Positions 37,226 through 51,177 are shown, counted from the first letter of the stretch. The stretch: DNA of 64,000 nucleotides from Amphiscolops sp. MND2022 (GCA_964187785.1 OZ076409.1:82896001-82960000), one strand, 5' to 3'. A program made the numbers and translations. The notes: generated by a model not told the origin, from the sequence alone.

Positions 37226-37449
37226 CGAATAAAGCGTGCTGGGTCAAAAAGCAGCTCTTTGTCTAAGCACCAGGATAATGAATAAAAAGAGGAGTAAAAA
37301 GTGGAGATTTGGCAAAATTTGTAAAAAAAAACGCAACACAGATTATAATTTTCCTCCCCCAATTAACTTTGTGGAGGAGGAAAATGATAACATTTTATCG
37401 ATGTAATTGAGAAGTGTCATAAAACTTCACAAAAACCTTATAATTTTCA

Positions 37450-37800
37450 GTTTAAACGATCGACTATAGTAGTGACTTTTTCAAGACCAGCGAACTGGCA
37501 GAATTCTATACGTGGTAAATTCTAACTGTCTTGGCCTCGAGGATTTTCTGAGAAGCAGAATATGTGAGTTCGAATCTTGCACTGAGCCAAAAACATTTTC
37601 GGAATGCAAAAGTAGAGAGGAGACCCAAGAGTCCCCTTTAGTTCTTTCGGCACTATGCGACATTTTTCCGAACTTTTCAAACCAAAGTTCTCACTCTTGA
37701 TTTTCAGCAGAAGCAAAGCGTTTCACGAGCATAGAGGGCCATCTTAGGATTTTCGAGTTACCGAAGAATTAAGAGATATGAAAAATTGGGACCCTTTTCT
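37450..37800 (+). mobile_element. Diverged family A-like copy with tRNA-like B box
   Basis: CGACTATAGTAGTGACTTTTT (cf. 27601); GAGTTCGAATC at ~37566-37576; TTTCGGCACTATGCGAC core motif. Confidence 0.45.
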
Positions 37801-40800
37801 GAGTCCTATTGGGTTAATAATTTTTGGTACCGTGGTTTCATTGAGAGTTTCATCAATACTTGTGGAGACGACCCACAATTTTTACTGCACTGTGAAACTT
37901 TCCTTCAAAAATTTTTGTTTGGTCGAAAAATGCCCCTTTTCGAGAATATCACAAATAAAAATTTTTTTAAAAAAACGAAAGTTTCATACGGAAACCCAAT
38001 TGCTTCAAATTCATCGGAAAATTTGTGAAAAGAGCAAATTCATGAAAAATGCTATATATTGCCAAATTATTGACAATTCAAGTGCAGTTATACCTTAATT
38101 ATAATATATTTGATCTTTCATTGATTAGAGTTGGGAATTTTTGCTCAAGTTATTTCTCCACCAACTAAAAACTGGTACGTTTCATAACCTGCTCCAAAGC
38201 CTTCAAGCATCCTCTTTTCGGTGCTTTCCCAGTTTTCGACGATTCTTAGCCACATTTAGTCAGCCAAAGGAGCTACTCTACTTTTGACCGAGTCCACTGA
38301 GAACTTTCCTGAAGAACTTTTTTTATCTGTCTGGAAAACCAGGCTGGTCCTCCGAAAGGATGAAGATTCCAAACTGCAACAGGATCAGCGCACCCAGACA
38401 TCAACAGAAGATCGTCAATCCAAGAGTTTAGTATCCCTTTACAGTTTGGAAAAGAAAAAAATTGACAAAAACCATAAAACGTAAAAGTGCGAAACTTTTG
38501 AGAAACAAATTAAATTTATTTTTGATGTCATTGGAGCTGGTTTTCTGTGAAAGGCCGTTGACAAAGCACATACCGCGGTACGAAAAATTATACAAGGCAA
38601 GGTTTTTGAGGTCTCAGGTCTTTAGTTTGCATCCTACAGCCAAAAACCCTGAAAAAGTTTCCATATCTTCTGAAAACTATCTCAAAAACCGAAGTTACAT
38701 TGTGATTTGGCACGACCTACTAAAAATTCTCTCCAAAAAAGCAAAGGAAATCAAAGATCAACACCTAAAAAGGTAGTGGAAATTCTTGAACCTTCCTGGG
38801 AACAAGTAGCAACGCTTGTGTACAATCAACGCATTGGAACTCCCTTTGTTCATTTGATTACTGCCAAGTTCTTGAAAACCAATCCTAGATAACACCTCTT
38901 ATCCAACCGTACGAAAAAGAAAAACAAATTCCCAGGAGCTTTGCAATTACATCCGAAAGAATTTATTGAGCTACACCTACTTCAAATGATCTCAACAAGG
39001 AAATTAGGGTCAATTGCTCAGGCGTAACAGATCGAAAGTGAGAGAAAATTGTCTCAAAGCGGAGAAAACACAGAAAAAAACTTAGACGTGAGAACTTAAT
39101 AAGAAAACGAAGCATTAAAAAAATTCTCCGACTTCATTGGTATTATCTCGCCCGAATATCACGGAGTAAAAGAACACGACTGAAATTCTCAAAAAAAATA
39201 CAAATCCACTTTTCACCCATAGAATTGGCGTCTTCGTGAGGTTCATTGACCCAATTGTTGCTTATTAAAATCCACTCGGCTCTTGCAATCTACAGTGGAG
39301 ATACGTTTCTAAACACAAAATTTTTTATCAATCCTAAGTCTTTTAAATGACGGATGAAACTGAACAAGTTCACGACGAAGCATCCCCCGAAACTAATCCC
39401 AGAAATGATGTAGGGAAACTAGTAAGAATAAGTGCTGCGCTCAAGAGTGCTTTTTCGGAGTTTCTTTTTCACAACATTTTTTTCACAGTTTATTTTTAGT
39501 GGCAGAAGACGACGACGACCAAGCATATGACTTTTTGGTTTTTCCTTGGGGTTTACAGCTATCCCGAAACCAGATGCTCCTGCTTGGGAGTTTCTCAGGT
39601 GCTGGTTTCGTGTACGGGGCTTTCCCAAGTAGGTGACCTATGCCCCAATTTCGAATCGTCGCTCGTAATACGCATTTTGCCGGTGTTTTTTTACGCCCGC
39701 ATCGTCGAAAAAAAGTTTTCACGGAACCGGCAAAATCGGAAAATCAATCAGCATATAGAAACGACCCGAATAAATCAACCTGAGTTAACGGGCGTCCAGT
39801 TGCTACGTAGAGAACAACCATGCTTCAGTTTCAGGTACCTGTCAATCAAGCTCAAGATGTCTTTTTCAACTTATTAAATAGTAGATAACTTTTTAAATAT
39901 TTTCGTAGGTTTCTAACAGTAAGTTTTTCAAACAAATAATGAACTTTATAAGTCTAATCGCACTTGTCATATGTTTTGTAAGCAATAAACCAACTGTAGT
40001 GAAACTTTTATGTATCCCGAAATACAGGGTAGCTTTCACAATATTTTTCAGTTTCAGGTTCCAGATGAATACTCGCCGTAGCGGAACGTAACGTAAATTT
40101 GAAAACTGTCGCAGAGAAAATCATATCTGCGCATTGTCCGTACGATCGTTTCTCGCACAAAACCTCAGCTCTGTGAAAAATTGTGCGATCGGTTTCCGTC
40201 AATTTCAGACTAAGATCTAATTTTTACAAATTATGAAGTCTTTTTAACAAGAGATTATATCAATTCTCTGCCATTATATAACTTGGACTTGATATTTTTT
40301 GATAATTGGTTTTCCCCATCAAATTATTTAACTATTTGGATCTTTGATCAACCTGTTTTTGATTCTCATCAAAGTTTTACGTCTTCGTCATATTATACAA
40401 TTTTGACACCTGGTTTCTTCTTCAATTTGCACAAAAAAATTGTCTTTTAGGAAGATTTTTTGATCCCCCAGAGATAACGGTTCCGTTGTAAAGGCTATAT
40501 GTATAACTCACTTTGTACCTGATGCTCTTGAGAATGAATTCCACTCCAAAAAGACTTGAAACCTCTTGTACTGTATGGTTGATGGATGTTTATTTTGTAC
40601 TGAGAGTCGAGAAGGACATTACGTCTTGCGTTAAATTTTCATTTCCACAGCTGTTTCACTGATTTATTCAGAGGCAGAACAAATCATCAGTTTAACACTG
40701 CATTGTCGCGTTACTAGCTCAACAGAAATCACTCATTGTGCCGTTACCTATGAGAAATATTTGATAGTTAGTGGAGTGCTATTAATATACTTTTGATTTG

Positions 40801-41227
40801 AAAGTTCGCCCAAACGTATTTGATCAGAAAATCTCTCTGGTAGTTTTTACACCAATATTCCGACGTCGGTCGCTTCCAAATTCTGTCTCGTGTTTCAATT
40901 CCAAATAATGATTGAAATGCCGTTTGTCAATTCCCGATTATGACGAATTTTCCGCAAATTCCTCTATTGGTACAAAAAAAAATCGAGTTTGTTTGGTTTG
41001 CCACTCGTGCACACTAGCGCGAAATACTTTCGTGTCCTTCTGTTGCTGATTTCTCATGTTCCAGAGATAGTTCTGAAAAAGCATTTCGTATTTAGGTTTA
41101 TATCCGATTTTATAACTTGCTAAAGTTTGGTTGATTTCAGTCGAGTCATTGATTGTAAGGAACTTGGAACTGGACGCCTTAGCTCACAGGAAAGCAGAAT
41201 TGTCTCAGTTAGACTCAGTAGACTGAT

Positions 41228-41863
41228 TTGCCGCAACCCGATGGTTGTGAAACCTCAATGTTGTCCATGTTAATCCTCCTGAATTCAAAAAGTCTTAGTG
41301 ATGTAGTGAGGGCGGTGATTGAAAATGATGGATTCAATGTCATTGGGTGGTTCAAGCCTCCACGGACTGTTAGTGACTCCTTTGTGGAGATTCACTCCTT
41401 TCACATAGTCAGACTATATCCCGTGAAAGATGTCAGCGATCTTCTGAAACGCTACCAGTATTGCAGTGCGACCGAACAGTTGCAAAGCAGTGAAAAGGTT
41501 ACCCCTTTGGGTTCCCCATCAACTTCAGGTATCGGAAATCTACAAATTCCGAGTCAAATGTATGCTGATGATTTCGGTGTTCCACAAAGCAGTGCTGAAG
41601 GCTTACAAATTCCAGGTTCTAACAGTCGCACTTACACCCTCAATATCAATGATTGCAATGAAGTGCAATCTGGAATGAGTATGAACGATTTCATTATTCG
41701 CACTTCCCAACAACCAGTTCAAGAGTTATCTGGAATTGGACTGAGCTTTGACAATGAAGATCATTTCCCTCGCCATTCACCATTTGAGTCGCCCCAAAAA
41801 ATGAACATTTCGGTGCTAATGAGCGGCAGAATGACGAACAGCCAACTAACAACTCCGTTCTGA
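41228..41863 (+). pseudogene. Uncharacterised 211-codon open frame, probably part of a decayed gene or transposon gene
   Basis: Coding-like composition, TTG start just after an in-frame stop, upstream acceptor ttgatttcag ending at 41140; family not recognised. Confidence 0.35.
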
Positions 41864-43106
41864 ATGGCAATGATTTTTGTCTGACAATCACTTCGTAAAA
41901 TTATTACAGGATTCAAACATTTCATGATTCGGAAAGGGATTGAATGAAAGAATATTTACCTTGACGTGTGTCTTATGTGTTTTAGCATTTCAATGGCATG
42001 GTTTGCTGAGTTAAACAACGTTGTGGTTTAAAATTTCAATGCTGTTCATTGTTTTGAAAAATTCTAGTTAGGTTGAGCATTCAATACATTGCTTTGGGCC
42101 TAATACCTGACAATTTCGGTCAAATGTACATGTCATTTTGAATAATCAATAGCCTCTGCTTACAATCTATTACATGTGTTTCATGTGCGTTTTAGCATAA
42201 CAATTCATTGTTGATATGACTCTTGCAATAAAAACCTTGATAAAATGTCGTTGATTTATTACATTCTGTTTCTTTGCTTGTGCATTTATATACTTGACAA
42301 TCCGGTTTAATGTATATTTCAAATTTGCACCTTTAGTCGTTCACTGCGATAGCTCTTTGTTCCATGTATCAGGTGGGTTCTCAAGTAATCTTGTTTTTGC
42401 GATACTTTGAAGTGATTACTTTGTCAAAAATAATTTATCGTCTTTCGAAAGGTTTTTGTAGTTGTTTATTACTCAAGCCTCGATAAAATAAACAATGTCG
42501 AAACTTATTTGAAGCTGTTGCGATGTTTCTAGATTCCTGAAATGTTCACCGATGACATCAGTGATGACGTGAATTGTTTCATTCTTTATGAACATAGTAT
42601 AACAGATTAACCTATTCAAAATGCTACTACTGTCGAAGCCGATTACCTCGATACTCTAGACTATGTTTTCCCAGCTCCTGAGACAAACAACTTTTCAATA
42701 GATCCTCCCAGGCCACAATTTCAGGGAATGTCGCCCGAAAGCAACGAAAACGACAAGCTAGATCAGGTTCCTTTCATTTCGCAAAGTGTACCAAGTGTGA
42801 ACGATTTAAAAGTGCCAATTTTTGTTCATGCCCGGATGTAACTTCAAATCCATTGCCTTCCCAGCACCAATCAATAGATGTGAATATACCAACCCCTGAT
42901 ACTTCACGAGTCAGTAAAGACCACGACGTTGTAGTTGTCCCCGTATTTTGTCATCAGAATGCTGCTTTTCATGTAAACGACGATCAACAAGTGTCCACCC
43001 TATAGCCTTGTTACAATTGAAGAAAGGCAATTGTTTCAAATGCCAGTGCGGCGACAACAATTTCGAGGAGGATGTCCTAACTCTGTGCTATCAGTGTTCA
43101 ATGTAC

Positions 43107-43374
43107 TGTACTGACCTACATTAATAACCAATAGTATTTAGATGTTTATAGAATGTTCTAGAATGTACATTTATTTGTTATTGAATGATTGTAAATCTCT
43201 ACTCCTTCAGAGAGAGAAAACTAATAATCAGTATTCAGTTGACTTCCTTTTTGTTCTACTCCTAACACCTCGGAATAGTTGTAATAAAGTAAGCTAGCTA
43301 GCCTGTCTCTCAGCCGCTTTTAGTAGTTGCGTATAAGACCATAAAAACAATAACCAACCATTAAAAGCAGCACA
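43107..43374 (+). repeat. 5' LTR (268 bp)
   Basis: TGTACTG...CAGCACA; matches 61601-61868 except 2 substitutions; AATAAA at 43283-43288. Confidence 0.98.
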
Positions 43375-43377
43375 ATT

Positions 43378-43392
43378 TGGTGCGACTTGTAA
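43378..43392 (+). promoter_or_regulatory. Primer-binding site (tRNA not assigned)
   Basis: TGGTGCGACTTG begins 3 nt after the 5' LTR; TGG is complementary to tRNA CCA. Confidence 0.7.
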
Positions 43393-43616
43393 AATTTTTC
43401 TTTTGTCTTTTCTCCTGGATGATTTCTCTTCTCTCAACAATCATACAAATACCACTCTCCATATTTGAAATTCTCTGGAATTGCAGTGAAATCTTTCTAG
43501 AATTTCTTGAAAGTTTGGTCTGTGACTTTCTAAATTTCATTAACAAATACATCATCGTTCGAAACACAATTTCTCCACTACAACAATCAACTTTAATATA
43601 ACAAAATTTCTTCAAT

Positions 43617-43947
43617 ACCGGTTTATCACGTTTTCTAACACGTTGACACGGTTCTTTTTCCTGTTCTTCTAGCCATACCGGTTTATCACGTTTTCTAATA
43701 CGTTGAAACGGTTTCATTTCAGACTGATTTATCCATTGTGACACAGTTCTGTTTTTCTTCTTTTTCCAGACTGATTTATCCAAAGTGACACAGTTCTGTT
43801 CTCCATACTGATTTATCACAGCTAATCCGGAAGCTTGTTGAAACAGTTCTTTGATGTTTGTCTGGTTTATCAAGGTTTTCTAACACCTTTGACACAGCAA
43901 CATTTGTCTGGTTTATCAAGGTTTTCTAACACCTTTGACACAGCAAC
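43617..43947 (+). repeat. Array of seven related stem-loop motifs in the element leader
   Basis: C(C/T)G(G/A)TTTATC-N-TGA(C/A)AC(G/A)G at ~43617, 43677, 43723, 43770, 43807, 43861, 43907. Confidence 0.85.
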
Positions 43948-45300
43948 TTTCTTCAATCCTGCTATCTTGAACGTCAGGTGGACTCCTGGTGTAATAGTTG
44001 ACTGAGTGCATGTCCAACTCCGTACACCTATAAGCACATACGTCTCAAGATCAACTTCGTGTTGGCAGAAAACCTGGATTTTCTACTTTTACGTTTCGGA
44101 TCCCCTTTCTACAAAATTTCCTATAGAAAAATTTCAGAAATAGACTCTGAAAACAAAAAAAGGCAACCAAGACTAACTACCAAAAACACCCACGCACTAT
44201 TCCCTTTCTTTCCCTATAGTCGACAAACAATACAAATAAATTCACAAAACTTAAATAATACAAATAACTTCAAAAATGTTTTCAATAACCAACAAAAATA
44301 ACAATAACAAATAAACTCAAACTTACCTCAAGTACTTCCAATAATAATAATTTTAACATAATCCTACCAAACAATTATTTTACCAAAATACAACATACAA
44401 TTTTAACAATTCTTTTGCTTTAAAACTTAAAATAAGGCATGTAAATAACACAAACAAAGTAAAGTTAGTTTTCTACTTTCAGGCACCCACAATTCCTATC
44501 CCCTCCCGTAAGACTTAGCCAATCAGATAGCCTCACCAGCGTACTCTGATTCTAAGACTGACTAAAAACCTTAGTTAAGTGTAAATGTCTTTAAGGAGAA
44601 TCGAGAGGACACCGAACTACGTTCGAATCTTCAAAATTCTCAAGAAGTAAAAGTAAAAGTAAAAGAAACAAAGATCAAATTTTGATCTTGATCAGTATTG
44701 ATCAGACTTTAGATAGTGGACGTTGATTGTTCAGAGTTCCACTCCTTTAGTCTTAAAACACACAACTCACTTAAAATTAAAACAATCTTAGTTTTCTGGA
44801 CGTGTCAGTAACCTTATGTTAGACACCTTAAAGTGATCCAGACTTAAAATAACATTTAGTTTCTGTTAGCAATCCTTTGAGGTTGAATACAGATCCTACT
44901 GCACCCGCTTATTTCTTCTCTATCCCAAATTATTAACTTCTCAAATAACTTCAAATTACAATACAACTTATATGAACCCAAACCAAGAAATTTATCCTTT
45001 CAACTTTTACATTCCACCAATTAGCTCACTTCAAAACCCTACACCAAACGATTTTGAAAGATTAATTGAACGAGATCAACGATATTTCTTCTTTATCATA
45101 AATCAACAAAGAAATTACCCAAGAGCTCGAACTTAGAAAATCTTTATATAAGACATTCCAACGTTATAACCTTCACATTACAACATGTGGGAAAAGGTTA
45201 CCACAGTAGTACTCATTACAACATACACGTTTTGTGTCTTATTTACAGTTTGTGTTCTTCTTGAAAAAATCCTTACAGTGATAAGAGATAAACTTTAAAA

Positions 45301-48300
45301 ATGTCCTCAACGACAACCCCTCTACCTTTCCAAACTCCCGCCATTAAAAATGCAAAAGTTGTAAAATTAGAACTAAACCCATTTCTACAAAACATCCTTT
45401 CACATTATACACAACCACTCCCATTTGAAGATGAACCACACACAATTGAAACAATCCCTCTTATTAGAGAACATTTAGACACATACCTTTTCTATATTAG
45501 ATATAAAGTTTTAACAATCACCGAAGAATACCCAACTTTTCAAATATCCTTTCCTCAACAAAAATTTAACTCATCTCATATATACAGAAGAACAATAAAC
45601 CCAATAAACCTTCAAGTTCCTATTAAACAAGTCTTTCATGCTTTTCTAAATAATGTAAAAGACCACAATTTAGCACACGAAATTCCAAAATATAGTCCAA
45701 ATGCACTCGACGATCTTCAACGATACATAGACAATTTCGACGTAGAAATTATTGAAACATTGGTTAATCCTGAAGACAATCCTCATCATTGGTTACAAAC
45801 TGATATATTACAAATTCAAAATTTCATTTACCACTACTTCAAAGACCTAACATTAAATGACCAAACAATTCCTCAGATCAAAGTAATATCTTTATTTCTC
45901 AGAAAATATTTCAGATTTAATTATCAATTATTATGGTCTCAACAAGATCAACCTGCTTTTACAGAATTCCCAGATCAATTTACATCAGAAGAATGTTTAC
46001 CATTCATCATCAGTGAACAAAATGAACACCCTTATTTTCATAAACCACAATTAATTACAAAACAAACCTTAGATTACATACGTTTCGATCCTCTATTAAT
46101 TACAGAAAATGATCTATTCCCAGATAATAGACCTTACCACTATCAACAAAATTCTCAAGATCAACAAAATTTACATATTAACACTAACAATTCTACTGAA
46201 GATGATAACACCGATCAAGAAAACACAACCCAACAACAAAATCAACCTGAAAACTATAACGATAATGAGTTTACTACCCAAGAATCTACAATCTCAACAT
46301 ATAATCCATCACAAACAGGGACATCAACATCAGTACATACTCACTCCCTTAGAGTTCCAATTAGAGTTATAAATCAAGGACAAAATGTACATAGTCCTCA
46401 ATCTCATTTAGATACATCTCCAAATCGTAATATAACTTTTAACCTTCCACATACAGATGACATAAACGATGAAACCCGTGATACATTACAATATACATCT
46501 AGTACTCAGAATACTTCTGCTAATGTTGCATCTCCAACAAGAACTACCTCTGATTCTACAAGATACATAACTCGACCTAGATATGATCCTCCATCAATTC
46601 CCTCCGCCTTTCGCTCAAACCGATCAACCATTTCTAGTAACAATTTTAATGATAATCCTCAAACTTCTAACCGATATTACGATCCATTTAATTATAACTT
46701 TTATCCTCCATCAAACACAACTACCAATACAAATATAAGCCAAAACCACTCTCAAATTAATACAATTTCAACAACACAAAATCCCTTCATACAATTATCA
46801 AATACCAATACGTCCAAAAATATAAATTCTCGAAATCGAGGAACCTCGTGTAATTCCATTTCTTATTCTAATATTACACAGAATTCTCAAAGAAGACTTC
46901 ATAATCCTCCACTCACACATATACCAACTGATCCTCTGTATCAAACGCATTCAAATCCAAATCCTAACCCTAATCCTAACCCATTACCATCAAATACAAT
47001 CCAATATATACCTCCACCACTCACACAACAATTAGCTCCGCCACCCCAATATTTCCCAATGCCGCAAGATACCTTTATAAACATGTCCGCTTCAATACCA
47101 GAACCTATGAAACCTTTTGATGGTTTGGACCATTCTTACACCCCCGAAGAATATCTACAACAAGTCGAAGCGAGATTAACCTTCGCCATAGGTGAAGAAC
47201 CTCAAAATAATCCTATAAAATACAAATCTTGGCATAATAGACGCATGGCTTACATACAATGTTCATTAATAGGAACAGCTCTCGATTGGTACACTAACCT
47301 CCATATATCATATAAACAACAATGGAATTCCTTTGTACAACTATTCAAAAAACAATTCTCATCTCAAAAAACTGCTTACTACGCTCAAGTAGAAGCTATG
47401 TCACTCATGAAAAAGGATAATGAAACAGTTCGCCACTTTGCCCTTAGAGTACAACAATTAGTTAAAAAGGGATGGTGTAATGAAAATGCAGCTACCATAA
47501 ATCTCAAAAATAACGAAATCTTTACAAAAGGGTTACCAAAGAAATTAAAAGATTTTGCCCATAAACGACAAGTTAAACATGTATCAAGATTACTTGAACC
47601 TTCAATACCATTTCATACACTTGTTAGACATGCCGATTCAGAAGATATTGCTAATGAAAAAATCAGAACTAACGACTTAGCCCTAGAAATAAACAAAGTA
47701 TCGCTTGAAGAAGATACTAACAAAAAAGAATTTGAATACGAAGATCAGATAATGGTTACTCAAACTGGAGACCCAAATAACAAAAGCAAACCAGCGTATA
47801 GAAAATATTGTTCCTATTGTCATAAAAATAATCATAGTATTTCAAATTGTTATCAAAAACAACGTGATGACGAATACCAGAAATACAATAACCAAAGATC
47901 ACGAACTCCTCAACAATCCTTTGTACAATATTTCCGTAGTAAACCTAATAATCCTCAGGAAAATCGAAATGAAAATACAAACTCTTATTCCTCAGATAAT
48001 GATCGTAATAAATACAATCAAAACTACTATAATGATAGATACAGAAACAATGATAGATATCGTAGCAATAGTAGAGAATATTCGCAAAACAACTATAGAT
48101 CAAACTCTCGACAAAGATATCATAATCGATCCCGAAGTCCGTATAGATCTCGATTTGATAATTATTATCAAAGAAGAACTCCATCTAGATCTCCATATAG
48201 ATCTCCATACAGAAATAACTCAAATTACAGATATAATTCTCGCTCAAGATACAGATCTCGTTCTCAATCACAAGGAAACTCCTTTAAACGATATAATTAC

Positions 48301-51177
48301 CCATATAGATCTCCATCAAGACCTAGAGATTTTAGATCAAGATCTAGAACACCCTCAAGAAACAGACAACAAAACAGAATAAATCAAGTAGACGTTAAGA
48401 CACCAAAAGAAAATGATAGTACAAAATTTGAAATCCACACCTGTCAAATGACTGAAATAGCTAATACAATCACCCCTTATAGTTGGTTTTATCCACTATA
48501 TATTCACGCCTCTGAAACAAATGACAACATATTACCTTCAAAATTAGAAATCTTATTCCTTTTAGATACTGGAGCTTCCATATCTGTTTTGAATTTACCA
48601 ACATTTCATGTAATTTCCAAACAATTAAACATCAATGTTCCAACTAACCTCCAAAACAAAAGAGCCAAAACTCTTACAGTTGCAAACCAAACTGAAGTAC
48701 CAATAATACATTATATTTCGATGACTTGTTTCACTGAAGTAAATCACAAAACACGATCCTTCAATATCGATTTTGCCGTAGCAAATATCAAATACAACAT
48801 TCTTGGAACACCCTTTTTCAAAAAGCACATCCAAAATATTGATTTTCAACAAAACATTATGACATACACAGAACAACATCCAAAGCTTTCAACAAAAACT
48901 ACATTTTCTACATTTACAGAAAAAGATTATCCATATATTTCTTACATTTATACTATTAAATGTAAGGAACCAATTCACTTTAAACCAAGGTCAGGAAAAA
49001 CCATACATTTCCCAATTAAAAACTATTCAAATATACATTTTGAACTCGAAGATAATACGAAGTTCTACCCAACAAACCCATATACATATTTCTTACAAAA
49101 ATTTAAAAATATCTTTCATTTCTTAGACATGATAGTCAATGAAAAAAGCAAAGACTCATGTGCAACTATAATTCAAAACTTTACATCTTACCCAGCTACA
49201 TTACCACAAGGAATTATTGGATATATAGAAATACCGATTACGCAAACAACTCCTCCTCACTACAGAGTTAACGATGTAAATTCACTCATTCACTCTGTAA
49301 TACATGCATATCACCCTGATACGACAACCCCGATTAAACAAAATCCATATACAGATATGAACTTATGTACTAGGGTAATACCACAATCCCTATTAGAAAT
49401 AAACAAGATAGAAATTAACGACAAAACACTTCAACTTCCTATACCTTCTGTTACTGGAAACCTTCGACCCTCAGATAAAATTCGAAAAGATTTCCCTCCA
49501 TTACCCTATTCTACAGAAAACCAACAATTCATAAAGAAATTCAATTTCGACTACTCAGATTTAACCGATACAGAATATGTAAACCTTTGCAATATTCTAA
49601 TTAACAACCAAAATTGTTACGCCAAACATAAAAACGACGTAGGAAAGATTTCCACTCCTTTTCGAATTAGAATAAAAGATAATTGTAAACTTCACACACA
49701 AAGACCTTCTAAAGTACCTATCCACTATAGAGATAGACTAAATAAACTTTTACTAGAACTCGAAAAATACAACATCATAAAACAAATTGGTTCAACAACA
49801 GATGAAAAACATACTATTGGAACAACATTTTTAAACCCTTTAATTATTATCCCAAAAGGAGACGCAATAAAAGTTGTTTTAGACGCAAGACATCTAAACT
49901 CAAACACTAACCAAGAACTTGAATCTTGGCCTATTGAACCTTTAGCTCCTCAATTAGCTAGAGCAAATAAAAAATACAAATCAACTATTGATCTAATGTA
50001 TGCATATGCTCATACACCATTAGATGAAGAAACAATTAAACTTACAGGATTTTCATCCGGTGACAAATTATACGCCTTTATCCGTGGATTTTACGGATTA
50101 AAAGGACTTCCAAACTTTTTCACAAAACAAATGTCAACTTTCTTTAGATCACTTATAGACAAACGTTCTGCGTTAGTTTATATAGATGATATTCTATTAC
50201 TCGCAAATGAAAAACAAGATATGTTTGAACTTATAAAAGAATTACATACAATAGCATCTCGAGAAAATCTCAAACTTGCACCTGAAAAATCGTTCTACAT
50301 GTTACTCAAAGTAAAATTCCTTGGACATGATATTGGTAACAACACAATTAAGCCAATTCCATCCAAAATTGAAGCTATTAAAAGAATCCCATCACCAAAA
50401 GAAAAGAAAGATGTTATGCAATTTTTTGGCAGTGTTAACTTTTATTCAAAATTCATTGAAAAACTTCATATAAACCTTAAACCATTGTATACATTACTAC
50501 ATGATGATGTTAAATTTCAATGGACACCTGAATTAGAAAAACTATTTCAAAATGTTAAAAACGCAATGACAGCAGACACTGAATTAACAATACCCAACAC
50601 CACGCATCCATTTTTTATAACAGTAGATGCTTCGTTAGTAGGTTTAGGCGCAGTCTTATTCCAAATGAACGAAGAAAATAAGATGAAAGTAATTTCGTAT
50701 AACTCCAGAATTCTCAATACACAAGAACAAAAACTTTCAACTTTAGACAGAGAACTTCTTGCAATAGTTTACGCATTACAAATATATGAATTTTTGATCA
50801 TTGGATCTCCTCATCCTATATATCTCTTCACAGATCACAAGCCTTTATTACATTGTTTCGCAAAGAAAGGAAATCTTAGTCCTAGATTCTATAGAGGACA
50901 AATGCAATTAACCAAATTCTCCAAATTAAAAATCATTCATACCCCTGGAAAAAATTTAACTGTAGCAGATATGCTTTCAAGAACCTTTACAAAAGAACAG
51001 CTACAAGTACACCAATTACGACACAAACAATTACCACCTCAAATAGATTTCTCTATCATGAAAGATAATCAACTCAAACCAGTACATTATTTAGTAAAAC
51101 ATGAAGAAATAAAATATAATCAAAAAAATGATTGTCATCCTATCCTTGCTGACTACGGAGACGACCAATTCTACATC
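45301..51177 (+). CDS. Gag-Pol polyprotein, 5' part (Gag, protease, RT, RNase H) in one frame
   Basis: Capsid-like region from PMKPFDG; zinc knuckle CSYCHKNNHSISNC (~47808-47850); protease LLDTGAS; RT YGLKGLP and YIDD (50179-50190); RNase H DASLVGLGAVL, RELLAI, TDHKPL, ADMLSR. Interrupted at 51178 by an insertion. Confidence 0.97.

Noticed and set aside
43361..43873. 170-aa antisense ORF over the LTR element leader
   Set aside because: Non-ATG start; its repeated peptide (RKRDKPV) merely mirrors the hairpin array, whose unit spacings are mostly not multiples of three.
43617..43947. CRISPR-like repeat-spacer reading of the leader array
   Set aside because: Eukaryotic retroelement context, no cas genes, variable parts are self-complementary and partly duplicated rather than unique spacers.
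44972..45136. 54-codon upstream ORF before gag
   Set aside because: Short and possibly frameshifted; open frames arise easily on this G-poor strand.
46951..46983. TAACCC telomere-like repeats
   Set aside because: Short, degenerate and in frame as an Asn-Pro repeat within Gag.
47864..48382. Alternative-frame ORFs inside gag-pol, the hAT transposase and env
   Set aside because: Shadows of biased codon usage or low-complexity tracts in the real ORFs.
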